A stretch of DNA of 64,000 nt from Minisyncoccota bacterium (GCA_017991395.1 JAGOQQ010000002.1:61925-125924); one strand, 5' to 3'. Shown: positions 9,158 to 18,476, counted from the first letter of the stretch. The notes: a model not told the origin generated them from the letters alone. Made by a program: numbers and translations.

Positions 9158-11896
9158 ATGGAAGGTTACCTAAAAGAAGTTCCTCAATTTAATACACCAG
9201 AAGAAGAACTTGCGTATTTGCGTGAGCATGTTTCTCGTCGTGAAAAAGAACTCTATGAAAATGGATTTGAAGCAGAAAAAGCAAAGATAGCACACGAAAC
9301 TCTTCGTTCATATGGAAATATTCCAAAAGCTCAAGCACTAGAACGCAGTCAAATGATACAAGACGGCGAAGCACACGAGATAGTTCTTCGCCTCAAGCCT
9401 GAACCACATGATCACAAAATGGAAGAATTGCTTGGTATTTTACTCGAGCGAGGAATTCGAAATGTTCTTGATATTATAGAAAAATCAAAAAACCCACATC
9501 TTGACGATGACTTCCATCGCTTTTTGGTGCAATATCTTATTTCGTCTGACCAAATACCAGGGTTGAAAGAGGGAACGGAAATTTGGAAATCTCTCCATAT
9601 GAAATTGTTTGAAGTGACTCTCCCAGAAAAATCTGGAAATGACACTCGTGGATTCAAGGATTTTCTCGGAGGAATGGAACAGTTTTTTGCTGGAATGAAT
9701 TCAATTGCTTCAGACAAAGACAATACGAAGAAAAATTATTTTACTATTGAAGTAGCACTTTCAAATCAAAGTGATGAAGTCGTGGTGTATGTGGGTGTGC
9801 CAAATGAAAAGATTGATTTGTTCGAGAAACAATTGAACGCATCATTTCCAAATTCAAAAATCCGCGAAGTCGTGGATGACTACAATGTGTTTATGGAAGG
9901 CGGTGGATCTGCAGGCTCATATGCAGTACTTGAAGAAAGCGAAATTTATCCACTCAAGACTTTTGATACCTTTGATCACGATCCAATTAATGCACTTTTG
10001 AATGCGTTTTCTAAACTCAAAAAAGAAGGCGAGGGAGCGTCAGTACAGTTTGTGATTGCACCGACCGGGACTACTCACATCAAGCGATTTCAGGATGTAC
10101 TTAAACATGTTGAAAAAGGTCTTTCCGCAAAAGATGCTCTCAAAAAAACTTCAAGCGCAATCGATGATGCACTTATTGAGATCGGAAAAGGATTATTTTT
10201 TGGACATACTTCAAACAAGGACGAAAAAGAACCACCAAAAATAGATGACCGCACAATCAAGCGAATTACAGAAAAAATGAAAGCGACGATGGTGCTTTCA
10301 AATATCCGCATAATTTCTGGTGCTCGTGATGTTGTTCGAGCAGAACAAATAGTGGCAGAAATTGCGTCATCATTCAATCAGTTTACCGAAGCAGGAAGCA
10401 ATAGTCTTGTCTGGAAAAAAGTTGAGGGAAATTCTGCAAAGGAACTTTTTCATATGTTTTCATATCGCATTTTTGACGATTCAAAAAAGCTGGTGCTCAA
10501 TCTCCACGAGCTCTCAACTATGATTCATTTTCCATATGGCATCACCAGCGCACCACAGCTCAAGCAAGCACGTGCGGGTACTGCATCAGCACCACTTGAA
10601 CTTATTGGCGAAGGGACGCTCCTTGGTGTCAATCGTTTTCGAGGATTTGAAACTCCGGCATATCTGACAAAGGAAGATCGCGTGAGACATTTTTATTGTA
10701 TTGGACAAACCGGTACTGGTAAGACGACTCTATTGAAAAATATGATAGTCCAAGATATCGAAGCAGGCCACGGTGTGTGTTATATTGATCCGCACGGAAA
10801 TGATATCCAAGATATTCTTGCTTCTATTCCACGAGAGCGTATTGATGATGTGATTTATTTTGACCCCGCATACACAGCTCGACCAATGGGTCTCAACATG
10901 CTCGAATACGATCCACGATTTCCTGAACAAAAAAGTTTTGTGGTGGATGAGATGCTTTCGATTTTCAATAAGCTTTTTGATATGAAAACTGCGGGAGGTC
11001 CTATGTTTGAACAATACTTCAGAAACGCTACGATGCTCGTACTTGAAGATCCAGAAAGTGGAAATACACTTCTTGATATTTCACGCGTGCTTGCAGATGA
11101 AAAATTTCGCGCGCTCAAACTATCAAAGTGCACCAATCCGGTAATCCTTCAGTTTTGGAATAATATTGCAGGGAAGGCAGGAGGTGAAGCGTCTCTTCAA
11201 AACATCGTCCCTTATATCGTCTCAAAATTTGACGTGTTTCTATCAAATGAAATAATGCGTCCGATTGTTGCTCAAGAAAAATCCGTATTTAATTTTCGAG
11301 AAATTATGGATAACAAAAAGATTTTGCTTGTGAATCTCTCAAAGGGTCGTCTCGGTGAAATCAATTCGAGCTTGCTCGGACTTGTGATTGTAGGAAAAAT
11401 TTTGATGTCGGCACTTTCTCGCACGGATGCGATGGGACAAAAGCTCAATGATTTTTATTTGTATATTGATGAATTCCAAAATGTGACCACAAACTCAATT
11501 TCACAAATTCTTTCTGAAGCACGAAAATATAGACTTTCGCTCAATATCGCTCACCAATACATTGGTCAACTTGAAGAGGGAATCAAAAATGCGGTGTTTG
11601 GAAACGTCGGATCAATGGCAGTATTTCGTGTTGGACCAGACGACGCAAAATATCTTGAAGCACAGCTTGCTCCGGTATTTTCATCTGATGATATTATTAA
11701 GCTCGAAAATAGAAATGCGTATTTGAAACTTCTTGTGAATGGTCAACCAGTAAAACCATTTAATATAGAAACACTTCGCCCGCCAGAAGGTCGCCCGGAA
11801 ATTATCGACAAGCTGAAAGAGCTTTCATACCTCACATACGGACGCGACAGAGCTGAGGTAGAGGAAGAAGTGGCGCGTAGATATCGAGCACTCTAA
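9158..11896 (+). CDS. 912-aa cytoplasmic FtsK/HerA/VirD4-superfamily P-loop ATPase (T4SS coupling-protein-like, TraG-D_C-like C-terminus) with no predicted TM segments
   Basis: Walker A GQTGTGKTT at roughly aa 515. Walker B YLYIDEFQN followed by ARKYRLSLNIAHQYIGQL, as in TraD/TraG/VirD4 C-terminal domains. The ~480-aa N-terminal region is soluble with no recognisable motif. Confidence 0.5.
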   Translation: MEGYLKEVPQFNTPEEELAYLREHVSRREKELYENGFEAEKAKIAHETLRSYGNIPKAQALERSQMIQDGEAHEIVLRLKPEPHDHKMEELLGILLERGIRNVLDIIEKSKNPHLDDDFHRFLVQYLISSDQIPGLKEGTEIWKSLHMKLFEVTLPEKSGNDTRGFKDFLGGMEQFFAGMNSIASDKDNTKKNYFTIEVALSNQSDEVVVYVGVPNEKIDLFEKQLNASFPNSKIREVVDDYNVFMEGGGSAGSYAVLEESEIYPLKTFDTFDHDPINALLNAFSKLKKEGEGASVQFVIAPTGTTHIKRFQDVLKHVEKGLSAKDALKKTSSAIDDALIEIGKGLFFGHTSNKDEKEPPKIDDRTIKRITEKMKATMVLSNIRIISGARDVVRAEQIVAEIASSFNQFTEAGSNSLVWKKVEGNSAKELFHMFSYRIFDDSKKLVLNLHELSTMIHFPYGITSAPQLKQARAGTASAPLELIGEGTLLGVNRFRGFETPAYLTKEDRVRHFYCIGQTGTGKTTLLKNMIVQDIEAGHGVCYIDPHGNDIQDILASIPRERIDDVIYFDPAYTARPMGLNMLEYDPRFPEQKSFVVDEMLSIFNKLFDMKTAGGPMFEQYFRNATMLVLEDPESGNTLLDISRVLADEKFRALKLSKCTNPVILQFWNNIAGKAGGEASLQNIVPYIVSKFDVFLSNEIMRPIVAQEKSVFNFREIMDNKKILLVNLSKGRLGEINSSLLGLVIVGKILMSALSRTDAMGQKLNDFYLYIDEFQNVTTNSISQILSEARKYRLSLNIAHQYIGQLEEGIKNAVFGNVGSMAVFRVGPDDAKYLEAQLAPVFSSDDIIKLENRNAYLKLLVNGQPVKPFNIETLRPPEGRPEIIDKLKELSYLTYGRDRAEVEEEVARRYRAL

Positions 11897-11959
11897 GTTT
11901 GATTTTGTACGTGATTGTATGGTAGGATACACACACTTATTCAATAATTCATATTTGTT

Positions 11960-12436
11960 ATGTCACAACCAATTCACGAGAGGTCTTTAATAATCATCAA
12001 GCCAGATGCAGTTCAACGAAACCTAATCGGCGAGATAATCAGTCGTTTTGAAAGAAAAGGATTGAAAGTAATTGGTCTAAAAATGATGAGTGTTGAAGAC
12101 GCGACACTAGAAGAACATTACTCACACATTAAAGATAAACCATTTTTCCCAGGCATTCGAGATTTTATGAAATCATGTCCTGTGGTGGTGATGGCGCTTG
12201 AAGGTATCAATGCAGTATCATCAATTCGTATTCTCGTTGGTCCAACCAAAGCATGGGAGGCAGACGCGGGAACAATTCGAGGAGATTTCTCTCTTTCAAC
12301 TCAATCAAATATTGTGCACGCATCTGATTCTGTAGAAAATGGTCTTATTGAAGTTGATCGATTTTTCAAGAAAGAAGAACTCTTTGTATACAAGAAAATT
12401 GATATCGATTTTGTGTACGCTGAACACAAAGAATAG
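11960..12436 (+). CDS. ndk: nucleoside diphosphate kinase
   Basis: ERSLIIIKPDAVQRNLIGEIISRFERKGLKVIGLKMM...NIVHASDS is the NDK signature including the active-site His region. Confidence 0.9.
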   Translation: MSQPIHERSLIIIKPDAVQRNLIGEIISRFERKGLKVIGLKMMSVEDATLEEHYSHIKDKPFFPGIRDFMKSCPVVVMALEGINAVSSIRILVGPTKAWEADAGTIRGDFSLSTQSNIVHASDSVENGLIEVDRFFKKEELFVYKKIDIDFVYAEHKE

Positions 12437-12529
12437 CATTAGGCTTTAGAGTATATTTTTTGAAACATTTTTACTCGTGTGTACAGATTGCGTCCAATTG
12501 TAGATTTTGTATATACTTAAGGTACGGTT

Positions 12530-12700
12530 ATTTGGAAAAATTACCTAGAAACAATATCACTATGGGAACTTGGAATGGACGCATTCCTAATGTAGTACAC
12601 CACTTTGGTGATGTACTCAGGTGCCCACCTAGCTTTCATGCTAAGGTAATTTTACCCAGATAGCCGTAAGAAAAAACTGTCGCGCAAGCGACAGTTTTTT
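12530..12700 (+). ncRNA. candidate structured RNA: long-range helix (aaattacct / aggtaattt) enclosing three hairpins, ending in an intrinsic terminator
   Basis: ggaaaaattacctag (12537-12551) pairs with ctaaggtaattttaccc (12640-12656). Internal hairpins ggaatg-gacg-cattcc, agtacaccac-tttg-gtgatgtact and ggtg-cc-cacc. Terminator aaaaaactgtcgc-gcaa-gcgacagtttttt at 12671-12700. Confidence 0.3.
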
Positions 12701-12790
12701 CTAATAACCACCAAGCTCAAAGTTTAAAGCTGAAAGCTAAAAGAAGAAAAATATAGTATCTAGCTTTGCATTTAGTGAATCACTGAATTG

Positions 12791-12836
12791 AAGCCTCCCC
12801 TTGAGGGGAGGTGTCCGAAGGACGGAGGGGTAAGGA
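12791..12836. repeat. double-hairpin dispersed element (cctcccc-ttga-ggggagg then tccgaaggacgga then ggggtaag); copy at 54591..54634, degenerate copy at 2921..2953
   Basis: Near-identical palindromic sequence at three intergenic sites. Confidence 0.7.
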
Positions 12837-12889
12837 AACAGGTTATAGCAAATAGTTTATAGGTGATAAAGAAATACAAATAAATACAT

Positions 12890-12921
12890 TTGAGATCCTG
12901 AAACAAGTTCAGGATGACACG
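12890..12921. repeat. reverse-complement copy of the 7479..7520 palindromic element
   Basis: Exact match seen by direct comparison. Confidence 0.8.
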
Positions 12922-12994
12922 GAATCCTGAATTTTCCTATTTCCTACTACCTACTTATTATTTCCTATAATCTTTATGTTAAACTATATCCATA

Positions 12995-13420
12995 ATGACA
13001 GTACAGAAACGAATTTTGACAGAAATATTCCTTCTCATTGCGGGTATTTTTTTGGTAAATATCATGGCAATGAAATTTCATTGGTATAGTATCGTATGGT
13101 GGTTTGATATGCCGATGCACACGCTCGGAGGAATGTGGATTGCGCTTACGAGTCTTTTTGTATACAAATATCGCCGTACGACATACGATGATATTACAAA
13201 CCCAAAAAAGTTGTTTTTTGTTGCACTCATCTGTGTGATCATAATCGGATTACTCTGGGAAATTTTTGAGTTTGGGATGGAGACGGTGGGCACTCTAGAT
13301 CTTGCTAATCCTATTGATTCAATTTCTGATCTATGTTTTGACTTGGTTGGTGGCGTTGTAGGGACAATGTATTTTATTTACAAATATGAACGTGTCATAA
13401 AATCAATAGACAAGGTATAA
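12995..13420 (+). CDS. small aromatic-rich integral membrane protein, function unknown
   Basis: 141 aa with about four hydrophobic helices and no recognisable motif. Confidence 0.4.
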   Translation: MTVQKRILTEIFLLIAGIFLVNIMAMKFHWYSIVWWFDMPMHTLGGMWIALTSLFVYKYRRTTYDDITNPKKLFFVALICVIIIGLLWEIFEFGMETVGTLDLANPIDSISDLCFDLVGGVVGTMYFIYKYERVIKSIDKV

Positions 13421-13427
13421 TAAAAGT

Positions 13428-14798
13428 ATGGAATCAGAAAAAAAGTTGAAACTCACATTTTGTGCGGGCGCTGGCTCTGTAACCGGAGCGAATTTTCTTT
13501 TGGAAGGCGAGGGTAAAAAATTTCTTATTGATTGTGGTCTGACACAAGGGACAAAAATGGCGGAGGAGGTAAACTGGGAAGATTTTTCATATGATCCGAA
13601 AACTATAGATATTCTTTTTATTACACACGCACACATTGACCACATCGGGCGTATCCCAAAACTCTATCATGATGGATTTCGAGGACGAATCATCTCGACC
13701 GATGCTACAAAAGACATAGTGTTGCCGATGTTGCTTGATACATGTGGAATACTTTCAAAAGACAAAGAACGTGGACTTGATACGATTTATGATGAGACCA
13801 AAGTAAAAAACATTTTGCATCTTTGGGAAGGCGTGCCCTATCATCAAAAAATCAATATTGATCATGGCTTCCAAATGACACTTAAAGACTCAGGACACAT
13901 TCTCGGCTCTGCAATGCTTGAGATAGCCTACAACGGTAAAAGGATTGTATTTACAGGTGACTTGGGAAATTCGCCGTCGCCACTACTTCGTGACACTGAA
14001 GAACTCACCGATGTTGATTATTTGATAATGGAATCTGTGTACGGAGATAGAAATCATGAATCACGTGATGAAAGAAAAAAGCGTCTTGAGGCGGTGATAG
14101 AAGACAATTTCAATCGAAAAGGTGCACTCGTGATACCAACATTTTCACTCGAGAGAAGTCAGGAGCTTTTGTATGAAATAAATGATTTTGTGGAAGACAA
14201 ACGTATTCCATTTATGCCCGTATATTTTGATTCACCACTTGCGATCGAGCTCACAAAAGTCTACAAAAATTATACAAAGTATTTCAATGAAGAAGCACAA
14301 TCACGAATAAAGGGAGGGGATGATATTTTTAAATTTCCAGGTCTTCGTGTGACTGCAGAAACTGAAGAATCAAAAAGAATTTTTGGTGAACCAAATCCAA
14401 AAATAATCATCGCCGGTTCTGGTATGTCAAACGGCGGACGAATCATTCACCACGAAAAGCATTATTTGCCAGACCCAGACAGCACACTTCTTTTGATCGG
14501 GTACCAATCTGTGGGGACGCTCGGTAGGCTTATTGAAGACGGCGAGAAGGAAGTCAGAATCAATGGTGAAATGATTTCAATCAAAGCAAAAATCGAGAAA
14601 ATTAGTGGCTATTCCGGGCACAAGGATTCTGACCACTTGATTGAATTTGTAGAGAAAATGGCAGATAAAGTGAAGCGGGTGTATGTGGCAATGGGTGAAC
14701 CAAAATCATCATTGTTTCTTGCTCAGAGGCTTCGGGATTATCTTGGTGTAGAGGCATATGCGCCGGAACAAGGTCAGGTGGTAGAATTAGAATGTTAA
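13428..14798 (+). CDS. MBL-fold metallo-hydrolase of the beta-CASP family (RNase J/CPSF-like RNA-processing nuclease)
   Basis: HxHxDH motif (ITHAHIDHIG) and beta-CASP layout (GDLGNSPSP...MESVYGDRNHE...GYSGHKDSDHL). Confidence 0.7.
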   Translation: MESEKKLKLTFCAGAGSVTGANFLLEGEGKKFLIDCGLTQGTKMAEEVNWEDFSYDPKTIDILFITHAHIDHIGRIPKLYHDGFRGRIISTDATKDIVLPMLLDTCGILSKDKERGLDTIYDETKVKNILHLWEGVPYHQKINIDHGFQMTLKDSGHILGSAMLEIAYNGKRIVFTGDLGNSPSPLLRDTEELTDVDYLIMESVYGDRNHESRDERKKRLEAVIEDNFNRKGALVIPTFSLERSQELLYEINDFVEDKRIPFMPVYFDSPLAIELTKVYKNYTKYFNEEAQSRIKGGDDIFKFPGLRVTAETEESKRIFGEPNPKIIIAGSGMSNGGRIIHHEKHYLPDPDSTLLLIGYQSVGTLGRLIEDGEKEVRINGEMISIKAKIEKISGYSGHKDSDHLIEFVEKMADKVKRVYVAMGEPKSSLFLAQRLRDYLGVEAYAPEQGQVVELEC

Positions 14799-14802
14799 AA
14801 CT

Positions 14803-15402
14803 ATGGAAGAGAACACAAAGCACAATCATCTAAAATTAAAATTGGGAGTATCAGGTGCAGCCGAAACGGGACACTGTGGTATTGACGCACTTTCAAAGGC
14901 AAAAGAGCTCGGACGGGAGATTGTTCGTCAGGGTGGAATTCTTGTCACTGGTGCGACTACTGGATTTCCTCTGTGGTCTGCGATGGGAACAAAAGAAGAA
15001 CGAGGAATATCAATCGGCCTTTCGCCTGCATCAAATGAACGAGAACATGTGGGTGTGTATCGACTTCCGCTTGATTATATGGATTTGATTGTCTATACAG
15101 GGTTTGGATTTCCTGGAAGAGATCTTCTCTTTACACGCTCGTGTGATGCCTTGTTTGTAGGATGTGGACGAATTGGTACTATTCACGAGTTTACTATCGC
15201 GTTCGAGGACAACAAGCCTATTGGGGTACTTGAAGGAAGCTGGGACATGGATGAGACCATCAAAGATATTCTTTCAAAAGGCCATCGTCCAAATGACAAA
15301 ATTGTGTTTGATTCTGACCCAAAACGTCTTGTAGAAAAAGTCATCGCACTTGTGCTCAAGGACAAGGTAGACGAATACAAAACTATCTCAAACGATAAAT
15401 AA
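14803..15402 (+). CDS. LOG/TIGR00725-family Rossmann-fold protein (SLOG, lysine-decarboxylase-like)
   Basis: GVSGAAETGHCG...GGILVTGATTG...IVYTGFGFPGRD pattern as in TIGR00725/LOG proteins. Confidence 0.5.
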   Translation: MEENTKHNHLKLKLGVSGAAETGHCGIDALSKAKELGREIVRQGGILVTGATTGFPLWSAMGTKEERGISIGLSPASNEREHVGVYRLPLDYMDLIVYTGFGFPGRDLLFTRSCDALFVGCGRIGTIHEFTIAFEDNKPIGVLEGSWDMDETIKDILSKGHRPNDKIVFDSDPKRLVEKVIALVLKDKVDEYKTISNDK

Positions 15403-15431
15403 AAAAAATCCCTCGAAAGAGGGATTTTTTT
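15401..15431. terminator. bidirectional intrinsic terminator (aaaaaaaatccctc-gaaa-gagggattttttt) between convergent genes
   Basis: Perfect hairpin flanked by an A-run and a T-run. Confidence 0.75.
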
Positions 15432-15774
15432 ATGAGAGAGATTTTACAACTCGTTCAAATGATGAAGGATTGTTTTCTGCCAAGTCAGCAAGAATTTTTC
15501 GATCTACACCAATTGATTTCTTTGTAAGAATATCAATAAATTTTGAGTATGAGTATCCAAGTGGTCGAAGTGCTGCATTGATCTTGACTTGCCAGAGGCG
15601 TCGTCGGTCAGACTTCTTGTCTCGTCGGTGAGCAAAGGCATGAGTTCCAGCGTGAAGGAGTGCTGTCTTTGCTTCGATTTCCTTTGTTCCTCGTCCAAAT
15701 CGGAATCCTTTTACTCTTTTTAGAATGTTTCGGCGTCGCTTGAGAGCGGTCACGCCTCGTTTTACTCGTGTCAT
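15430..15774 (-). CDS. rplT: 50S ribosomal protein L20
   Basis: TRVKRGVTALKRRRNILKRVKGFRFGRGT...LHAGTHAFAHRRDKK. Confidence 0.9.
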   Translation of the reverse strand: MTRVKRGVTALKRRRNILKRVKGFRFGRGTKEIEAKTALLHAGTHAFAHRRDKKSDRRRLWQVKINAALRPLGYSYSKFIDILTKKSIGVDRKILADLAENNPSSFERVVKSLS

Positions 15775-15806
15775 ATACTAGTTGATAAGTGATTTATAAT
15801 AATTGG

Positions 15807-16001
15807 TTATTTTACACCAGGAAGCATTCGGCTTTTTGCCTTTGGTTTGATACTAAAATCTGTTGCTACTCGTCCTCCGAGTTGTGTTGCGCGAGATTGT
15901 TTTGCATTGAAGTGGTTGAACCCAGGCTTTCGTGCCTTGATCTTGCCATTCTTTGTGACCTTCAAGCGTTTTGAATATGATTTGTTGGTTTTGATACTCA
16001 T
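15807..16001 (-). CDS. rpmI: 50S ribosomal protein L35
   Basis: 64 aa basic protein in infC-rpmI-rplT context. Confidence 0.85.
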   Translation of the reverse strand: MSIKTNKSYSKRLKVTKNGKIKARKPGFNHFNAKQSRATQLGGRVATDFSIKPKAKSRMLPGVK

Positions 16002-16036
16002 AAATGTTTCTTTAACTTTGGATTTGTGTCTCGTAA

Positions 16037-16549
16037 TTATTTTTTACTTTCTTTCTCGAGTGTTACCATGAGGCCTTTTGGACTTCGTTTAACCGGTTCG
16101 GAAATTTTGTAATGCTCAGTAATAAGGTGAAGTACTCGATCGAGTCTTTCTCTCAAGAAGTCTTCCTTCATGTATTTCGCTCTTCCTGCAAGGAAAAGTT
16201 CAACTTTGATTCGGTGACCTTCTTTCAACCACTGTGATGCCCGTTTTGCTTTGAGTTCAAGATCATGATCACCTGTGGCGATTTTGATTTGGATAGATTT
16301 TGTTTCTGTTGTCTTTGCTCCTGCTTTGGCCTTTTTTTGTTTCTTATTTTCGAGATATTGGTACTTACCAAAGTCCATAATCTTTGCGATTGGTGGGTTG
16401 GTGGTTGCCGAAATTTCAATAAGATCAAGACCTTTTGTTTGTGCAAGAGAAAGAGCCTCTTCTCGAGATAATACCCCGAGATTGTTTCCTTCATCATCTA
16501 TGATACGAAGCTGTAAGGCGCGTATTTGGTTGTTTATTCGTTCCTTCAA
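16037..16549 (-). CDS. infC: translation initiation factor IF-3
   Basis: INNQIRALQLRIIDDEGNNLGVLSREEALSLAQTKGLDLIEIS...GKYQY... is an IF3 N- and C-domain pattern. Confidence 0.85.
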   Translation of the reverse strand: MKERINNQIRALQLRIIDDEGNNLGVLSREEALSLAQTKGLDLIEISATTNPPIAKIMDFGKYQYLENKKQKKAKAGAKTTETKSIQIKIATGDHDLELKAKRASQWLKEGHRIKVELFLAGRAKYMKEDFLRERLDRVLHLITEHYKISEPVKRSPKGLMVTLEKESKK

Positions 16550-16674
16550 CGTAAATTAAAAAATCGTGAGACACGATTACCTTGGCTTTCATAATAGCGA
16601 ATTTAAGCCTGAAAGTCAAATCGATTGGGCAGGCCATAGGGGGGGGGATAGTTTATAGGGGATAGGCGAGGGAG

Positions 16675-16709
16675 CTCAAAGCTAAAAGTTTAAAGCTGAA
16701 AGAAGAAAA
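16675..16709. repeat. A-rich heptad array (gctcaaagctaaaagtttaaagctgaaagaagaaaaa)
   Basis: Same family as 3506..3591. Confidence 0.7.
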
Positions 16710-17062
16710 ATGCGGTCTTTGGTGGATTTTCCCCTCCTGCCAAGGAGGTGAGAAAGTGTGGGACACTTTCGCAAGACCTTTTGAGATAGATTTCGAACTC
16801 GTGAAGAAATATATCCAAAAGGTATACAGCTTCTGTAAGAAGTGCCTGAAAGGCGGGGTGGTTCCTCTCCTAGACAGGTGAGCTTGGGAGAGGGACCCAA
16901 GCGCAAGTACTTTTGAGATTTTATTGGAGGTACTTCGAACAATAAAATCCAAAAGTTAAACAGTTTCTGTAAGAAAAGGACGACACGAAGTGACTGGTGA
17001 GGTTGTTTGAATACTCTATACATATACACCACCCCGTCGCTTCGCGCCACCCCTCCTTGAAA

Positions 17063-17128
17063 AGTAGGGGAAGAAATACAACTAAATTCTAAAGACTAAC
17101 TACTAAAGACTTTCTTCTCCTTCTGCGT
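17063..17128. repeat. second copy of the ~66 bp dispersed repeat seen at 3031..3096
   Basis: Direct comparison shows a few mismatches only. Confidence 0.7.
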
Positions 17129-17190
17129 CCGTTCCGCGTAGGTCTGCGTTTAGTCCGCGACTTCCGCGATTTGTGTGTTAGATTTGAGAT

Positions 17191-17955
17191 ATGAGTGAAG
17201 GAATTCATAATCTATACAAAAAGCAAGGAGAAACACCACTCGCGTGGATTAAGCGATTTCAGGAAGAATTTCCACAATACAAAGATATCCCGATGACATA
17301 CGCGGGCAGGCTTGATCCTATGGCAGAAGGGGTACTTTTGGTGCTTTCAGGAGAAATGACGAAAAGGAAAGATGAGTATTTGTCTGTAGATAAAGAGTAT
17401 GAGATTTCTGTACTTGTCGGCGTCTCAACAGACACGGGCGATGTGCTGGGTATTGTAGAAGAAGTGGATGGTGTGGGCGAGATAGATGATTATTTGATTT
17501 TAGAAAAAAATGCACAACTGGTAGGAACTCACGAAGAACCATATCCAATTTTTTCTTCAAAACCTGTAAATGGAAAACCGCTTTTTGAATGGGCACGAAA
17601 TGCACCACTTTTGGCAAAAGATATTCCGCTTCACACTGTGGTGATTGATACGATAGAATTACTTTCAAAAAAATATTTCACACTAAGTGAATTGCTCGAT
17701 GAAATAAAAAATAGAATTGAATATGTCGAAGGAGATTTTAGACAAGAAGCGATAATGCGAAAATGGGAAAGTACGATTGAAGAGTATGGTGAGAATAATG
17801 TATGTATGATAAAGCTACGAATCAAATGCGGAAGTGGTGCGTATATGCGAGTGGTGGCACAGAAGCTTGCGCGAAGTCTTGGGTATGGAGGACTTGCGTA
17901 TCATATAAAAAGGACAAGGGTGGGGGATTTTATAATTGAAGAAAGTGAGAAATAA
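17191..17955 (+). CDS. truB: tRNA pseudouridine synthase, TruB family
   Basis: Catalytic motif YAGRLDPMAEGVLLV (the conserved Asp) plus a C-terminal extension. Confidence 0.7.
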   Translation: MSEGIHNLYKKQGETPLAWIKRFQEEFPQYKDIPMTYAGRLDPMAEGVLLVLSGEMTKRKDEYLSVDKEYEISVLVGVSTDTGDVLGIVEEVDGVGEIDDYLILEKNAQLVGTHEEPYPIFSSKPVNGKPLFEWARNAPLLAKDIPLHTVVIDTIELLSKKYFTLSELLDEIKNRIEYVEGDFRQEAIMRKWESTIEEYGENNVCMIKLRIKCGSGAYMRVVAQKLARSLGYGGLAYHIKRTRVGDFIIEESEK

Positions 17956-17983
17956 AAAAACATCTCATCGTAAAGATGAGATG
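17954..17983 (-). terminator. intrinsic terminator for the minus-strand gene 18000..18476 (catctcatc-tttac-gatgagatg then a T-run on the minus strand)
   Basis: Hairpin followed by ttttttt when read on the minus strand. Confidence 0.55.
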
Positions 17984-17999
17984 CTGAGAGTGGATAGTT

Positions 18000-18476
18000 C
18001 TAGTAAAGAGGACTCCACACAAGCATAGATTTTTTTATTGCAGCAAAAAAAGAAGCGTTGAGTCTGTCTAACTGCGTTTGGTTTATTCTGCTGGAATTGA
18101 ACCACGTCTCGATTTCTTCCTGATCAAGCACCTCCGATAATATTTTTTGGATTTGGAGGCGTACAGTGTCGATGTCCGAAGGTGTTCCAACCGGTGTTTT
18201 CACTATGTGAAGAATGCCGAGGTCATCACAGATATCAAGAACGGATTCGACAGATGCTTTACTTTCAATCATGAATTCAATTTTGAATGCGATTTGAGAA
18301 GCGATTGTTCCAATAGGTAAACCGCTTTTAAGTAGAACCGAAAGATTGATTTCACGGTTTGAGAGCAAGTGGCGTAGGCCATCATTTTCTTTTTCAAGTT
18401 TCTTATTTTTTCTTGTTTCTTGGGTAAGAAAAAGAATAAGAAATAGAGTAATAATTCCAAATACTAATGCTGTCAT
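18000..18476 (-). CDS. membrane-anchored hypothetical protein (N-terminal TM, coiled-coil)
   Basis: Single N-terminal hydrophobic helix and no known motifs. Confidence 0.35.
   Translation of the reverse strand: MTALVFGIITLFLILFLTQETRKNKKLEKENDGLRHLLSNREINLSVLLKSGLPIGTIASQIAFKIEFMIESKASVESVLDICDDLGILHIVKTPVGTPSDIDTVRLQIQKILSEVLDQEEIETWFNSSRINQTQLDRLNASFFAAIKKSMLVWSPLY

Noticed and set aside
12460-12663. 67-aa ORF downstream of ndk
   Set aside because: Cys/Arg-rich with atypical codon usage. It overlaps a region with strong RNA secondary-structure potential and a terminator, so it is treated as a candidate ncRNA instead.
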